Part shown: one piece after another, positions 52,101-64,000 of the stretch
Layout of the letters: each line of letters begins with the position of its first letter
Position numbering within the stretch: the stretch's first letter is position 1
DNA from: Nemertoderma westbladi
Taxonomy: Eukaryota; Animalia; Xenacoelomorpha
Reading direction: 5' to 3'
Assembly (NCBI GenBank): GCA_032718475.1
Contig: JAUCBJ010007125.1
Location: forward strand, 33,016-97,015
DNA: 64,000 nucleotides
Made by a program: the position numbers and the translations under genes
The notes under the pieces: model-generated
What the model was told of the DNA's origin: nothing
Seen by the model: only the letters and a program-made list of their open reading frames with translations
Database searches by the model: none

Positions 52101-54590
52101 CTGTGGAGAGTATATGTGCTGTGGGTTGTAGGTGCTGTGGAGAGTATGTGTGCTGTGGGTTGTAGGTGCTGTGGAGAGTATGTGTGCTATGGGTTGTAGG
52201 TGCTGTGGAGAGTATGTGTGCTATGGGTTGTAGGTGCTGTGGAGAGTATGTGTGCTATGGGTTGTAGGTGTTGTGGAGAGTATGTGTGCTATGGGTTGTA
52301 GGTGCTGTGGAGAGTATGTGTGCTATGGGTTGTAGGTGCTGTGCAGAGTATGTGTGCTATGGGTTGTAGGTGCTGTGGAGAGTATATGATATATGTGCTG
52401 TGGGTTGTAGGTGCTGTGGAGAGTATGTGTGCTATGGGTTGTAGGTGCTGTGGAGAGTATATGACATGTGCTATGGGTTGTAGGTGCTGTGGAGAGTATG
52501 TGTGCTATGGGTTGTAGGTGCTGTGGAGAGTATGTGTGCTATGGGTTGTAGGTGCTGTGGAGAGTATGTGTGCTATGGGTTGTAGGTGCTGTGCAGAGTA
52601 TGTGTGCTATGGGTTGTAGGTGCTGTGGAGAGTATATGATATATGTGCTGTGGGTTGTAGGTGCTGTGGAGAGTATGTGTGCTATGGGTTGTAGGTGCTG
52701 TGGAGAGTATGTGTGCTATGGGTTGTAGGTGCTGTGGAGAGTATATGACATATGTGCTATGGGTTGTAGGTGCTGTGGAGAGTATGTGTGCTATGGGTTG
52801 TAGGTGCTGTGGAGAGTATGTGTGCTGTGGGTTGTAGGTGCTGTGGAGAGTATGTGTGCTATGGGTTGTAGGTGCTGTGGAGAGTATGTGTGCTATGGGT
52901 TGTAGGTGCTGTGGAGAGGATATGACATATGTGCTATGGGTTGTAGGTGCTGTGGAGAGTATGTGTGCTATGGGTTGTAGGTGCTGTGGAGAGTATGTGT
53001 GCTATGGGTTGTAGGTGCTGTGGAGAGTATATGACATATGTGCTATGGGTTGTAGGTGCTGTGGAGAGTATGTGTGCTGTGGGTTGTAGGTGCTGTGGAG
53101 AGTATGTGTGCTATGGGTTGTAGGTGCTGTGGAGAGTATGTATGCTATGGGTTGTAGGTGCTGTGGAGAGTATATGTGCTGTGGGTTGTAGGTGCTGTGG
53201 AGAGTATGTGTGCTGTGGGTTGTAGGTGCTGTGGAGAGTATGTGTGATATGGGTTGTAGGTGCTGTGGAGAGTATGTGTGCTATGGGTTGTAGGTGCTGT
53301 GGAGAGTATATGTGCTGTGGGTTGTAGGTGCTGTGGAGAGTATGTGTGCTATGGGTTGTAGGTGCTGTGGAGAGTATATGTGCTGTGGGTTGTAGGTGCT
53401 GTGGAGAGTATGTGTGCTGTGGGTTGTAGGTGCTGTGGAGAGTATGTGTGATATGGGTTGTAGGTGCTTTGGAGAGTATGTGTGCTATGGGTTGTAGGTG
53501 CTGTGGAGAGTATATGTGCTGTGGGTTGTAGGTGCTGTGGAGAGTATGTGTGCTGTGGGTTGTAGGTGCTGTGGAGAGTATGTGTGCTATGGGTTGTAGG
53601 TGCTGTGGAGAGTATGTGTGCTATGGGTTGTAGGTGCTGTGGAGAGTATGTATGCTATGGGTTGTAGGTGCTGTGGAGAGTATATGACATATGTGCTGTG
53701 GGTTGTAGGTGCTGTGGAGAGTATGTGTGCTATGGGTTGTAGGTGCTGTGGAGAGTATATGACATATGTGCTATGGGTTGTAGGTGCTGTGGAGATTATG
53801 TGTGCTATGGGTTGTAGGTGCTGTGGAGAGTATATGTGCTGTGGGTTGTACGTGCTGTGGAGAGTATGTGTGCTGTGGGTTATAGGTGCTGTGGAGAGTA
53901 TGTGTGCTATGGGTTGTAGGTGCTGTGGAGAGTATGTGTGCTATGGGTTGTAGGTGCTGTGGAGAGTATGTGTGCTATGGGTTGTAGGTGCTGTGGAGAG
54001 TATGTGTGCTATGGGTTGTAGGTGCTGTGGAGAGTATGTGTGCTATGGGTTGTAGGTGCTGTGGAGAGTATTTGTGCTATGGGTTGTAGGTGCTGTGGAG
54101 AGTATATGACATATGTGCTATGGGTTGTAGGTGCTGTGGAGAGTATGTGTGCTGTGGGTTGTAGGTGCTGTGGAGAGTATGTGTGCTATGGGTTGTAGGT
54201 GCTGTGGAGAGTATGTGTGCTATGGGTTGTAGGTGCTGTGGAGAGTATGTGTGCTATGGGTTGTAGGTGCTGTGGAGAGTATGTGTGCTATGGGTTGTAG
54301 GTGCTGTGGAGAGTATGTGTGCTATGGGTTGTAGGTGCTGTGGAGAGTATATGACATATGTGCTATGGGTTGTAGGTGCTGTGGAGAGTATGTGTGCTGT
54401 GGGTTGTAGGTGCTGTGGAGAGTATGTGTGCTATGGGTTGTAGGTGCTGTGGAGAGTATATGTGCTATGGGTTGTAGGTGCTGTGGAGAGTATGTGTGCT
54501 ATGGGTTGTAGGTGCTGTGGAGAGTATGTGTGCTATGGGTTGTAGGTGCTGTGGAGAGTATGTGTGCTATGGGTTGTAGGTGCTGTGGGT
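43165..54590. repeat. 34-bp GT-rich satellite, about 11.4 kb, with 40-bp variants and kb-scale higher-order duplications
   Basis: Unit GGGTTGTAGGTGCTGTGGAGAGTATGTGTGCTAT. Identical spurious ORFs recur at offsets of 2232 and 2455 bp. Confidence 0.97.
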
Positions 54591-54901
54591 ATAGATGATG
54601 TGCCTGTGAGTTGTAGGTGGCTATTTGGTTTGTAGGGGGTATTCCATAAGCTCTTATGATTTCAAGCATTTTATTATTTTACCTCTATGGCTCTATGGTT
54701 GGAGTCGAAAGCTTCTGGAAGTCCACAAATATCAGAACCGCAGGAAGTTTCTTTGATTTAATTGCTACAACCAATCTCCGTACATATTCTCACATCGCGT
54801 TTCGCATTTATTCAATTATTCATTAGGTGCAACGTAAACAAACCGAGCTGCAGTGTGTTGTAGGAAGGGCAGAGCAGACCAACAAAACATTTAAGTGGAA
54901 A

Positions 54902-55752
54902 TAGGGTGTCGAACGTTTTGACATGTTTTTTTCCCGGTTCATTTGTGAATTTTCCCGGTTTAGATGACATAATGTAATACATAAAAACATAATACTTTGA
55001 TTTCCACTTGACCTAAATTTCATGTTAACCTTTCCTATCAAATTATATGTTGTCAAAAAATTTTATGTACAAAATATTTTTTTATTGTATTCAATTTAAT
55101 TGCATAATATAATTATATAATAATAATGTGCATTATATTGAATTATAATTTTACCTCTCAAGTTAGTATATTTTATTAAATACTAAACTGAGAGTCGTTT
55201 TTGTTCAGCTATCTCATCGTTTAGCCTGTCTACTGTTTTAGCATAAAGTTTTCACATAAAGTTTTAGGAACAATTTACAACAAGTTTATCAACAATAAAA
55301 ACCATTTTTATCAATAAAGGGCTTGTTTAATCTACGAATACAACCCTTCCCAATACCTTTTATTTGTGAGGTTTATTTTATTGACATGTGTGTTGTGGCC
55401 TATTTAGTGGCTGATTAGTACTTTTTTTAACTGTATTTTATCTTTAGTATTTTTTAACATTACTTTTTTTTAACGATTGCCTTCTTTGATATTACGGGTG
55501 CAATCTTTTAATTTTTAATAAATAAATAAAAAATCGGTAATTATTTTACTAACTTTGAACATGTTGTTCAAAATATAAAAAATTCCAGGGTACATGATAT
55601 TTTTCCTAGGCATTTTCCAGGTTAACTTTGAACATGTTGTTCAAAATATGAAAAATTCCAGGGTACATGATATTTTTCCTAGGCATTTTCCAGGTTTTTC
55701 ACGGTTTAATTTTTTTCCCGGCCTTTTCCCCGTTTTCCCGGTCGCTCGACAC
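54902..55752. mobile_element. Degenerate hAT-like MITE with an internal about 73-bp tandem duplication (about 55550-55695)
   Basis: GGTGTCGAACG / CGCTCGACACC imperfect TIR and TTTTCCCGG subterminal repeats. No clear TSD. Confidence 0.4.
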
Positions 55753-56168
55753 CAATTATTATAACGAGATAGACCTGAACGCTGAATAAAAATAATACCT
55801 GAATTTACTACAGCTTAACCATTCCATTCAAATTTGGAATATTCATACCACTGACAATCCTGCAACAAGGATTACTTAGATTAACCACACTGTCCGCCAT
55901 TCTCTTGATAAAATTTTAGAACACAGGCGACCCACGTGAAACACTACTGTATCTGAACATTGGCCCATAATGCAGCCAAGGGCGTCCAACCGATGACGAT
56001 TTTAGAGTTGTATAGAGATACAGCTCTCCAAGGTCGCTGAGGCCATTAGGAAGACAACTACTCCTCCGCATAATAAGCAAATGGAGCTTAGGAGTCTCAA
56101 CAATAACTCTTGTATCCACGGGTTACCACTGATGTTTATAACGAATGAATTACTAGTTTGGGACATGA

Positions 56169-57673
56169 GGCGCTAGAACATCCTAATTTCATGCAGTCTC
56201 TGATTGGACGGAGACGTTAGAACATCCTAATTTCAAGCAGTCTCTGATTGGACGGAGGCGTTAGAACATCCTAATTTCAAGCAGTCTCTGATTGGACGGA
56301 TGCGTTAGAACATCCTAATTTCAAGCAGTCTCTGATTGGATGGAGGCGTAAGAACATCCTAATTTCAAGCAGTCTCTGATTGGACGGAGACGTTAGAACA
56401 TCCTAATATCAAGCAGTCTCTGATTGGACGGAGGCGTTAGAACATCCTAATTTCAAGCAGTATCTGATTGGACGGTGACGTTAGAACATCCTAATTTCAA
56501 GCAGTCTCTGATTGGACAGAGGCGTTAGAACATCCTAATTTCAAGCACTCTCTGATTGGACGGAGGCGTTAGAACATCCTAATTTCAAGCAGTCGCTGAT
56601 TGGACGGAGGCGTTAGAACATCCTAATTTCAAGCAGTCTCTGATTGGACGGAGACGTTAGAACACATCCTAATTTCATGCAGTCTCTGAGTGGACAGGAG
56701 GCGTTGGAACATCCTAATTTCAAGCAGTCTCTGATTGGACGGAGGCGTTAGAACATCCTAATTTCAAGCAGTCTCTGAGTGGACAGGAGGCGTTTGAACA
56801 TCCTAATTTCAACCAGTCTCTGATTGGACGGAGACGTTAGAACATCCTAATTTAAAGCAGTCTCTGATTGGACGGAGATGTTAGAACATCCTAATTTCAA
56901 GCAGTCTCTGATTGGACGGAGGCGTTAGAACATCCTAATTTCAAGCAGTATCTGATTGGACGGTGCCGTTAGAACATCCTAATTTCAAGCAGTCTCTGAT
57001 TGGACAGAGGCGTTAGAACATCCTAATTTCAAGCATTCTCTGATTGGACGGAGGCGTTAGAACATCCTAATTTCAAGCAGTCTCTGATTGGACGGAGGCG
57101 TTAGAACATCCTAATTTCAAGCAGTCTCTGATTGGACGGAGGCGTTAGAACATCCTAATTTCAAGCAGTCTCTGATTGGACGGAGGCGTTAGAACATCCT
57201 AATTTCAAGCAGTCTCTGATTGGACGGAGGCGTTAGAACATCCTAATTTCAAGCAGTCTCTGATTGGACGGAGGCGTTAGAACATCCTAATTTCAAGCAG
57301 TCTCTGATTGGACGGAGGCGTTAGAACATCCTAATTTCAAGCAGTCTCTGATTGGACGGAGGCGTTAGAACATCCTAATTTCAAGCAGTCTCTGATTGGA
57401 CGGAGGCGTTAGAACATCCTAATTTCAAGCAGTCTCTGATTGGACGGAGGCGTTAGAACATCCTAATTTCAAGCATTCTCTGATTGGACGGAGGCGTTAG
57501 AACATCGTAATTTCAAGGAGTCTCTAATTTGACGGAGGCGTTAGAACATCCTAATTTCAAGCAGTCTCTGATTGGACGGAGGCGTTAGAACATCCTAATT
57601 TTAAGCAGTCTCTGATTGGACGGAGGCGTTAGAACATCCTAATTTCAAGCAGTCTCTGACTCTCTGATTGGAC
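56169..57673. repeat. 44-bp satellite, each unit with a CCAAT-box (CTGATTGG)
   Basis: Unit GGCGTTAGAACATCCTAATTTCAAGCAGTCTCTGATTGGACGGA. An inverted degenerate unit lies at about 57697-57733. Confidence 0.95.
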
Positions 57674-58031
57674 GTTTAAAATATTTGAATATTCAACCAA
57701 TAAGAAAACTCTTGAATTAGGAGGTTCTAATGACAATAATAAAAGACATTAGAGACTAAGAAAGGCATTAGAGACTGCTAATTCCAAGTTTTCTCATTGT
57801 AGATATTTAGCGGGAAATTTAATTCCTGTTAGTGTGTTAGCAGTTGCATTGTTGTAGTACCCAGTAGCAGTGCAGTGACTGCAGGTTAGAAGTTAGACAA
57901 GACTGCAGCTTATAAGTCCTCCAACAGTCCAACTCCAACAACTATAGTCTTTATGATTTTATATCAATATCAGATCAGAAATAAATAGTAATTTATATAA
58001 AACTTATCAGGCTATTAGTGGGCCTACCCAC

Positions 58032-59070
58032 TAGGGTAGGTCAATTTTAACTTTTTTTGGATATCTAGATTTTCTCATTGATAAAAAGTGGCCTTGGGTC
58101 CTAAAACTTTGTAAAAACGCAATTTTAACTCCTAAAAATCATGTTTGACCCCTGCACTGTCGTCCAGTTCCCGCCCTAGCCGCTAGTGAGTCATATTCCC
58201 AATTATTGTGATGATCAACTTCTAGTATTCCTACCGCATTGATATTATGGTCATTAGAACCGCAATGACCGATTTAGTTGGTGTAGACACCTTCAAAACA
58301 AGCATAGAGCGAGTAGTTTTTGAGATATTGCAGAATATGTGAAGTCCGGTACAAGTCAACATTAGCGCCTTGATGCGGTATTGACAAATACACTAAAAAT
58401 TATAATTCTAATTTTCTCAAGGCAACCACAATTCCCACATAACTGCAATGATCAATTTAGGGGATGTTGACACTCTAAAAATATGAATTGAGTGATTAGT
58501 TTTCGAGTTATTGTACAAAATGTCAAGGTTAGGTCCACCAATTAATGACCTTATATTGAGCTGACTCAGTCCAGACGTTTTGTACAATAACTCGAGAACT
58601 AATCACTGAACTCATATTATTAGAGTTTCAACATCCCCTAAATTGATCACTGCAGTTATGTGTAAATTGTGGATGCCTTCAGATAATTAGAAGTATCATT
58701 CTTAGTGTATTTGTCAATACCGCATCAAGGCGCTAATGTTAACTTGTACCGGACTTCACATATTCTGCAATATCTCAAAAACTACTCGATCTATGCTTGT
58801 TTTGAAGGTGTCTACACCAACTAAATCGGTCATTGCGGTTCTAATGACCATAATATCAATGCGGTAGGAATACTAGAAGTTGATCATCACAATAATTGGG
58901 AATATGACTCACTAGCGGCTAGGGCGGGAACTGGACGACGTCCAGTGCAGGGGTCAAACATGATTTTTAGGAGTTAAAATTTCGTTTCTACAAAGTTTTA
59001 GGACCCAAGGCCACTTTTTATCAATGCGAAAATCTAGATATCCAAAAAAATAAAAAATTGACCTACCCTA
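58032..59070. mobile_element. Foldback hAT-type MITE with about 490-bp inverted arms
   Basis: TAGGGTAGGTCAA...TTGACCTACCCTA. 8-bp TSD CTACCCAC (58024-58031, 59071-59078). Arms are near-perfect reverse complements around an about 50-bp spacer. Confidence 0.92.
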
Positions 59071-59269
59071 CTACCCACCCTACACTCTACAGTGTCATTG
59101 TGTAACGATTTTTAGTACGATGTTGAAATCACATTATTAGGAATATGGTATCTGATGTATTTATTATTATATAGGCTATTCGAAGAATTATCACTCCGAG
59201 CGAGATGGCCACCTTTTCTAAACTTTACTACTTTAGACTTACCAAGGTTTATTGGTATCCATTCATCCA

Positions 59270-59600
59270 TTCCGTTGGCGATATACTTGTTTACGTTGGT
59301 ATTACTGTATTTAGGAGACGGGGTGGGGGGGGGGGGGGGGGGGGGGTGCTGGACGAATTGACGAAAATCTCACCTTGGCGAATTAATATCCCGCCTCAAT
59401 GTTAAATTCTCAATTTAGAGAAAGGAGCAGGTTACAGTGGCACGTTATTTTAATCAAAACAATAAACTAAACACAATAGAACAGGTTACAGTTTTATTTT
59501 TGAGAGTAATCCGCCGCTGTTATTTGCATCCAATTTCCCCTGTAGAGGGATGAATATTTATTGCGTCCAGTCCCCCCCCCCCCCCCCCCCCCATCTGGTA
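59270..59600. repeat. Dispersed repeat family, with related copies at about 400-700 (same strand) and about 62400-62520 (inverted)
   Basis: Shared blocks GGCGAATTAATATCYCGCCTCAATGT, AACAGGTTACAGTT, GAGTAATC...GTTATTTGC and ATTGCGTCCA, each next to poly-G/C runs. Confidence 0.7.
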
Positions 59601-60436
59601 TTTAGATATCTACAGCTTAGCTTTTACGAACTGCTGCTGTAGTTATTTATTATTATTATTAAAATGTATTTGTATTGCACTTATTCGCAATGTTCTAAGC
59701 GCCAATAAAAATTTCAAAGTTAACACAAAGCAAAAAAAAAGTTTTAAATGAAATAAATTGTATTGCATATTATAGTGCGGATGCTAGTAGTATAACAACT
59801 GGAGTTAATTTATAATGGTTGTTTATGATGACAGGGGATTCGTTATTCGATACTAAAAAAAATGTGTTTTTAGCCTTTTCTTAAAGACATAAAGTGAGGA
59901 CAGTGCATGGAGCTCCAACGGGAGTGGGTTCCAGACTATACGGCGGACACAGATAAAGTATGTTTACTGTAGGAGTCGAGGTTGAACCTAGGGACACTAA
60001 AGTTGGGAGCCGCTGGATCGATTTAGGCCTTGGGCGGTTTGCAATAGCGGTGCGGCGAGGGTTATTTCCAACACGGCCAACTGGTGTGGGGATTTTTACA
60101 ATTATTACTTTTTCAAACTTATTTTTTATATTTTTATATTACTTTAATAAATATTGGCCTATCGGGGCTCTTATTTTATTTAATTTTTTTAAAACTTATT
60201 ATTGAAAGGGTCATTGAAGGTAGGCTTACCATTGGTATGAGGAATATAAATTTAAATAAACTGGCAGTAGGCCTATATACAGTATTGGCCAACAATATTA
60301 TGGCGTATCAATGCAAATATTCTCCTGGAAAACCTTTTAAAAATAGAAATTCTTAGGGGGATCATATCAGATAGAAACACAAAGCTGATCCTCAAGTTTC
60401 CGTAACATCATTCTCCTCGAATTCCGGTTTCGATAC

Positions 60437-61573
60437 TTGGAGCTATCCATTCACTACGGTAAGACTGAAAGTATTTTGTTTGGTTCCAAAAGAAAGTTAA
60501 AGAAGGTAACTAAGTTTGAAGTCACTAGTAATGGACATAAGATTGAAAATAAAAAGGAAGTTAAATATTTAGGCGCCACATTGGATAACTGCTTATCAGG
60601 AGAAAGCACAGTGAAAAATATTTTCTCGAAAGTTAACAGTAGGTTTAGGTTTCTATACAGAAATAAAAATAGTTTAAACACCGACTCCCGCAAGTTACTT
60701 TGCTCTTCTTTAATACAGTGTCACATGGACTATGCAATGCATAGTTCATGTGCATAGTATGCATGCTCTTCTTGGTATGAAGGCTTAACCAAACAGCTTA
60801 AATGTAAATTACAAGTAGCTCAGAATAAAGTAGTACGACTTATTAAAGACTACAAACCTAGGCACCACCTAACTCCAGATGACTTTTCTAAATCTGGACT
60901 ACTTAACTTAGATAGTAGAGTTAAGCAGCTACGCCTTAACCATGTGCATAAAGTGTATAATTGTAAATGTCCCAATTACCTAAAATAAAAATTCAACAAA
61001 GTACGCGATACACACTCTTACAGTACCAGAGCTAGTGCTTCAAACTTCTACCTCCCGAATTGTAATTCCTTTGAATCTGATACTTTCTTTTTTAACGGTA
61101 TTAAAAATTGGAACGCTCTGCCTAATGAAATTAAAAACCGTTTCAACATTAATAATCAACATTCTTTTAAATCTGCAGTTAAATCTCACCTCCGTGTGCA
61201 ATGCAAAATAGGTACAATAGTCCTACAGTAAGTTATTAGTTTATTAATTATTTACTATTTATACTGTAATTACGTTTTATATTAAATTGTTATGTACATT
61301 ACATCTTTATCGTTGAGTCGGACATTGTCACGCTCTCGGTAAAGTTGTACATGTACATAGTGTAATTACGTTTTATATTGGTTTTAGGTTAGCGTAGTGT
61401 AATATTGTATTTGTAACCAAGTAACATAAAGGACCCCCTTGGAAATAAGCTGCAAAGCTTTAGGGGTAATCCTATATGTTATGTTGGACAATACCTTTAT
61501 ACCGGTACATTGTTTGGTGTATTTGTTATTGTTTTTACATAATGTATAAATAAATCTATATCTATCTATCTAT
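60437..61573 (+). mobile_element. 5'-truncated LINE (CR1/L2/Crack group): RT C-terminus plus 3' UTR
   Basis: LSIHYGKTESILFGS, VKYLGATLD, LIQCHMDYA, KLQVAQNKVVR, CPNYL and HSYSTR. 3' end GGACCCC...GGGGTAATCC stem, AATAAA and (TCTA)n tail. Confidence 0.82.
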
Positions 61574-62164
61574 GTAAAAGTGTATTTGAGGAGACTACTT
61601 CTTCGTCCTTTACGTCGTATAATAAGTGGAAGAGAGAAGATGATTCATAAGATTTATCAGTTTTATAGATGCCATCGGGTTGGGAAGTTTTTATCTAAAG
61701 GGACAGGGAGCCGGAACATAAAACATAAAGGTACCTGCTAGACTTGCCAACATTGCTCTGCTTATAAAGAACGTATTTCACACATGAATGTCAGTCAATT
61801 ATTTTTAAACCTCCCGCCAACATCAACCACTCACAAACTTGAAATTAACAATCTCTAATGGCATACTTATTGCTATTAAAAGCACCTAATTCAAGCGCTA
61901 TGATTGGTAGACCTTTTGGCTGACCACAGGGTAGTAATTTCTTCCAAAAATCCCGGTAACCAAGTATTGTTGTGTGAAAATGTACCACTCCCAACTCAAT
62001 GAACGAAATGTTTCCATTAATTAATGTATATAATACACCTATTTACACCATTATGTCCTGGAATGTAGTGTCATTATTCAGATATACCTACTGTTGTATA
62101 TCCCTTGCCCTTATATTAGAAATGGTGTCTCCGTCGATTTTGCACCCGTTACACCACAGTTGTT

Positions 62165-63870
62165 CTTCCACCTTATAATGATTTTTGTTGGTACTGTGAG
62201 AAATCTGGCCGTGCATTCAAAATATTTCCTTTTAATATCGTAAAATGTCGTAAAATGACTGAGATATGAGCGTTCAAAAGTTGCATGGTTTTTCATCCTG
62301 TGTGAGGGTAATTTGTTCTATTTAATAAATACACCATATTCTGAAACATTTTTTTTATCCCATACGTAGCTGGGCCAGATAGGGGGGGGGGGGGGGGGGG
62401 GAACTGGACGCAATAAAAATTAAATTAATCCCACTCCAGGGGAAATTTGACGTAAATAACAGCTGATTACTCTCAAAATTAAAACTCTAACCTGTTCTAT
62501 TGTGTTTAGTTTATTGTTTTGCCCCCCCCCCCCCCCCCCCCGCCTCAGCTGGGCAACAATGCACTACCTCTTTAATCATAGCTATTCTTACAATGTATGA
62601 ATAGCTACATAATAAAGTAAAGATAATTGTGTCATAAAGAAAATGTTCCAGAATATGGTGTATTTATTAAACGCCACTAATTCAATGCCACCCCAAATTA
62701 GATGATTTCACACCAAAAATATTTTCTTGTAGCACCAATTTACATTCCCCAATTTTGAATATCTCTCTCACCATAAACAATAATTCATCCCCAAAAAACA
62801 ATTATTCAATCTCCCTAAAATAATTACTTGTCAACCAAAAACAATTCGTACAGCACCAAATATTTTATGGAAAATTAACTATACAAAAATATTCATTATT
62901 TATTTTCATAAATCAAACAAAATGTTTAATCATATTATTTTAAATATTATAATTACATCATAATATAATATATATATAATATTATAATTATTCATATTAT
63001 AAATATTTGATTATTTTGGGTGAATAAGTATTTATTTTGGGGGATATGTATTTATTTGGGAAAATATGTATTTATTTTGGGGGATTATGTATTTATTTTG
63101 GGGGATTATGTATTTATTTTGGGGATTATGTATTTATTTTGAGAGAACATTTATTTATTTTGGGCAAATTTGTATTTATTTTGGAAAAATTTGTATTTAT
63201 TTTAGGTGTTTTATCATTTATTTTGGGAAAATTTGTATTTATTTTGGGGGTTTTGTCATTTATTTTGGTGATGAATAATTGTTTTGGTGTTGAACAATTT
63301 ATTTTGGTGCTTGAATAATTTTATTTGGGGGACTTTATTTTATTTGGTGTTGAATAATTTTTTTTGGGGTCACATTATTTAAATTGGTATAATATAATTT
63401 TTTTGGTGAAATTTTCATCGATTTTGGTATGACTTTAATTGGTAGCCTTTATTAAATAGAACAAAATACCCTCACACAGATACTACTACTAGGATCGGCA
63501 TGCTGCATTGCAGCTGCATTTTTAAGAATGCTGTGCCGGCTTATCGACAAAATTGCACCGCCACAACTCCCTATCACATATGACATTTGCTAGGTCATCC
63601 GCATCTTCAAGGCCAGTGTCCTTTAAGATGCGTCTCAAGAAAGTCATGGGCTGTCCACCATGCTTATTCACTCCATGAGGCTGCCAAAGTACAAGATTAT
63701 GCACTGGCTGGTCCTCACGGCGAAAGCAATGTCCTCCTCACACAGATGCAAAACCGTGCAACTTTTAAACGCTCATATCTCAGTTATTTTACGACGAAAT
63801 AAAAGGAAATATTTTGAATCCTTGCTCGGCCAGCTTTCCATCAGTAGAAATAAATCATTATAACATTGAA
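62165..63870. mobile_element. Degenerate foldback DNA element with nested insertions
   Basis: 62215-62330 is the reverse complement of 63448-63481 plus 63736-63820. A nested TIR pair TACACCATATTCTG / CAGAATATGGTGTA lies at about 62330-62661. Confidence 0.6.
63482..63735 (-). mobile_element. Short 5'-truncated RTE-like LINE insertion
   Basis: C-terminal peptide LVLWQPHG...GGQPMTF...LKDTGLE...DRELWR, (TAG)n tail and 12-bp TSD CCTCACACAGAT (63470-63481, 63736-63747). Confidence 0.8.
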
Positions 63871-64000
63871 GAAGATTGTTATAGACTAATAAAGTTACAA
63901 AATCAAAAGCATTGATATTTTGTCTAATCGTATTTCAGTTTATTCTAATAGCAAAGCTCCAGAAATCTTCAATAATAAATTATCCCGGTTTGTAAGGTCT

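Noticed and set aside
43818-53953. Many Cys/Val-rich ORFs (MLWRVCVLWVVGAVES...)
   Set aside because: These are translations of the 34/40-bp satellite, with no unique sequence or gene context.
55780-56135. Coding-looking patch (ORF 55916-56119)
   Set aside because: No long open frame and no recognisable motif; at best a very decayed TE fragment.
63037-63318. Hydrophobic ORFs (GKICIYFGG repeats)
   Set aside because: Degenerate 21-bp TATTTATTTTGG minisatellite inside a foldback element.

Overview
Repeat-rich animal (probably invertebrate) nuclear DNA, not prokaryotic. The only clear host gene is the 3' part of a fem-1 homolog (CRL2 substrate receptor) on the + strand, with five exons at 1-93, 4422-4596, 23832-23998, 35725-35952 and 36227-36865. 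Its introns are inflated by satellites and transposons. The largest intron holds a decayed BEL/Pao LTR retrotransposon that has lost its 5' LTR and carries a 4.49-kb internal tandem duplication. In the env position it has an extra ORF of about 866 aa that looks like a WRN/EXD-type DEDDy 3'-5' exonuclease fused to CCHC zinc knuckles; repeated hairpin-like motifs lie in its LTR and intergenic region. Two satellites are tandem amplifications of fem-1's own splice junctions (a 27-bp donor unit and a 47/48-bp acceptor unit, about 150 copies), and in both the exon-proximal copies keep the reading frame. The rest of the window has hAT/hATm, Sola1-like and foldback DNA elements, LINE fragments and further satellites of 33, 34, 43, 44 and 46 bp. 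All family calls come from motifs recognised by eye; no database search was run.
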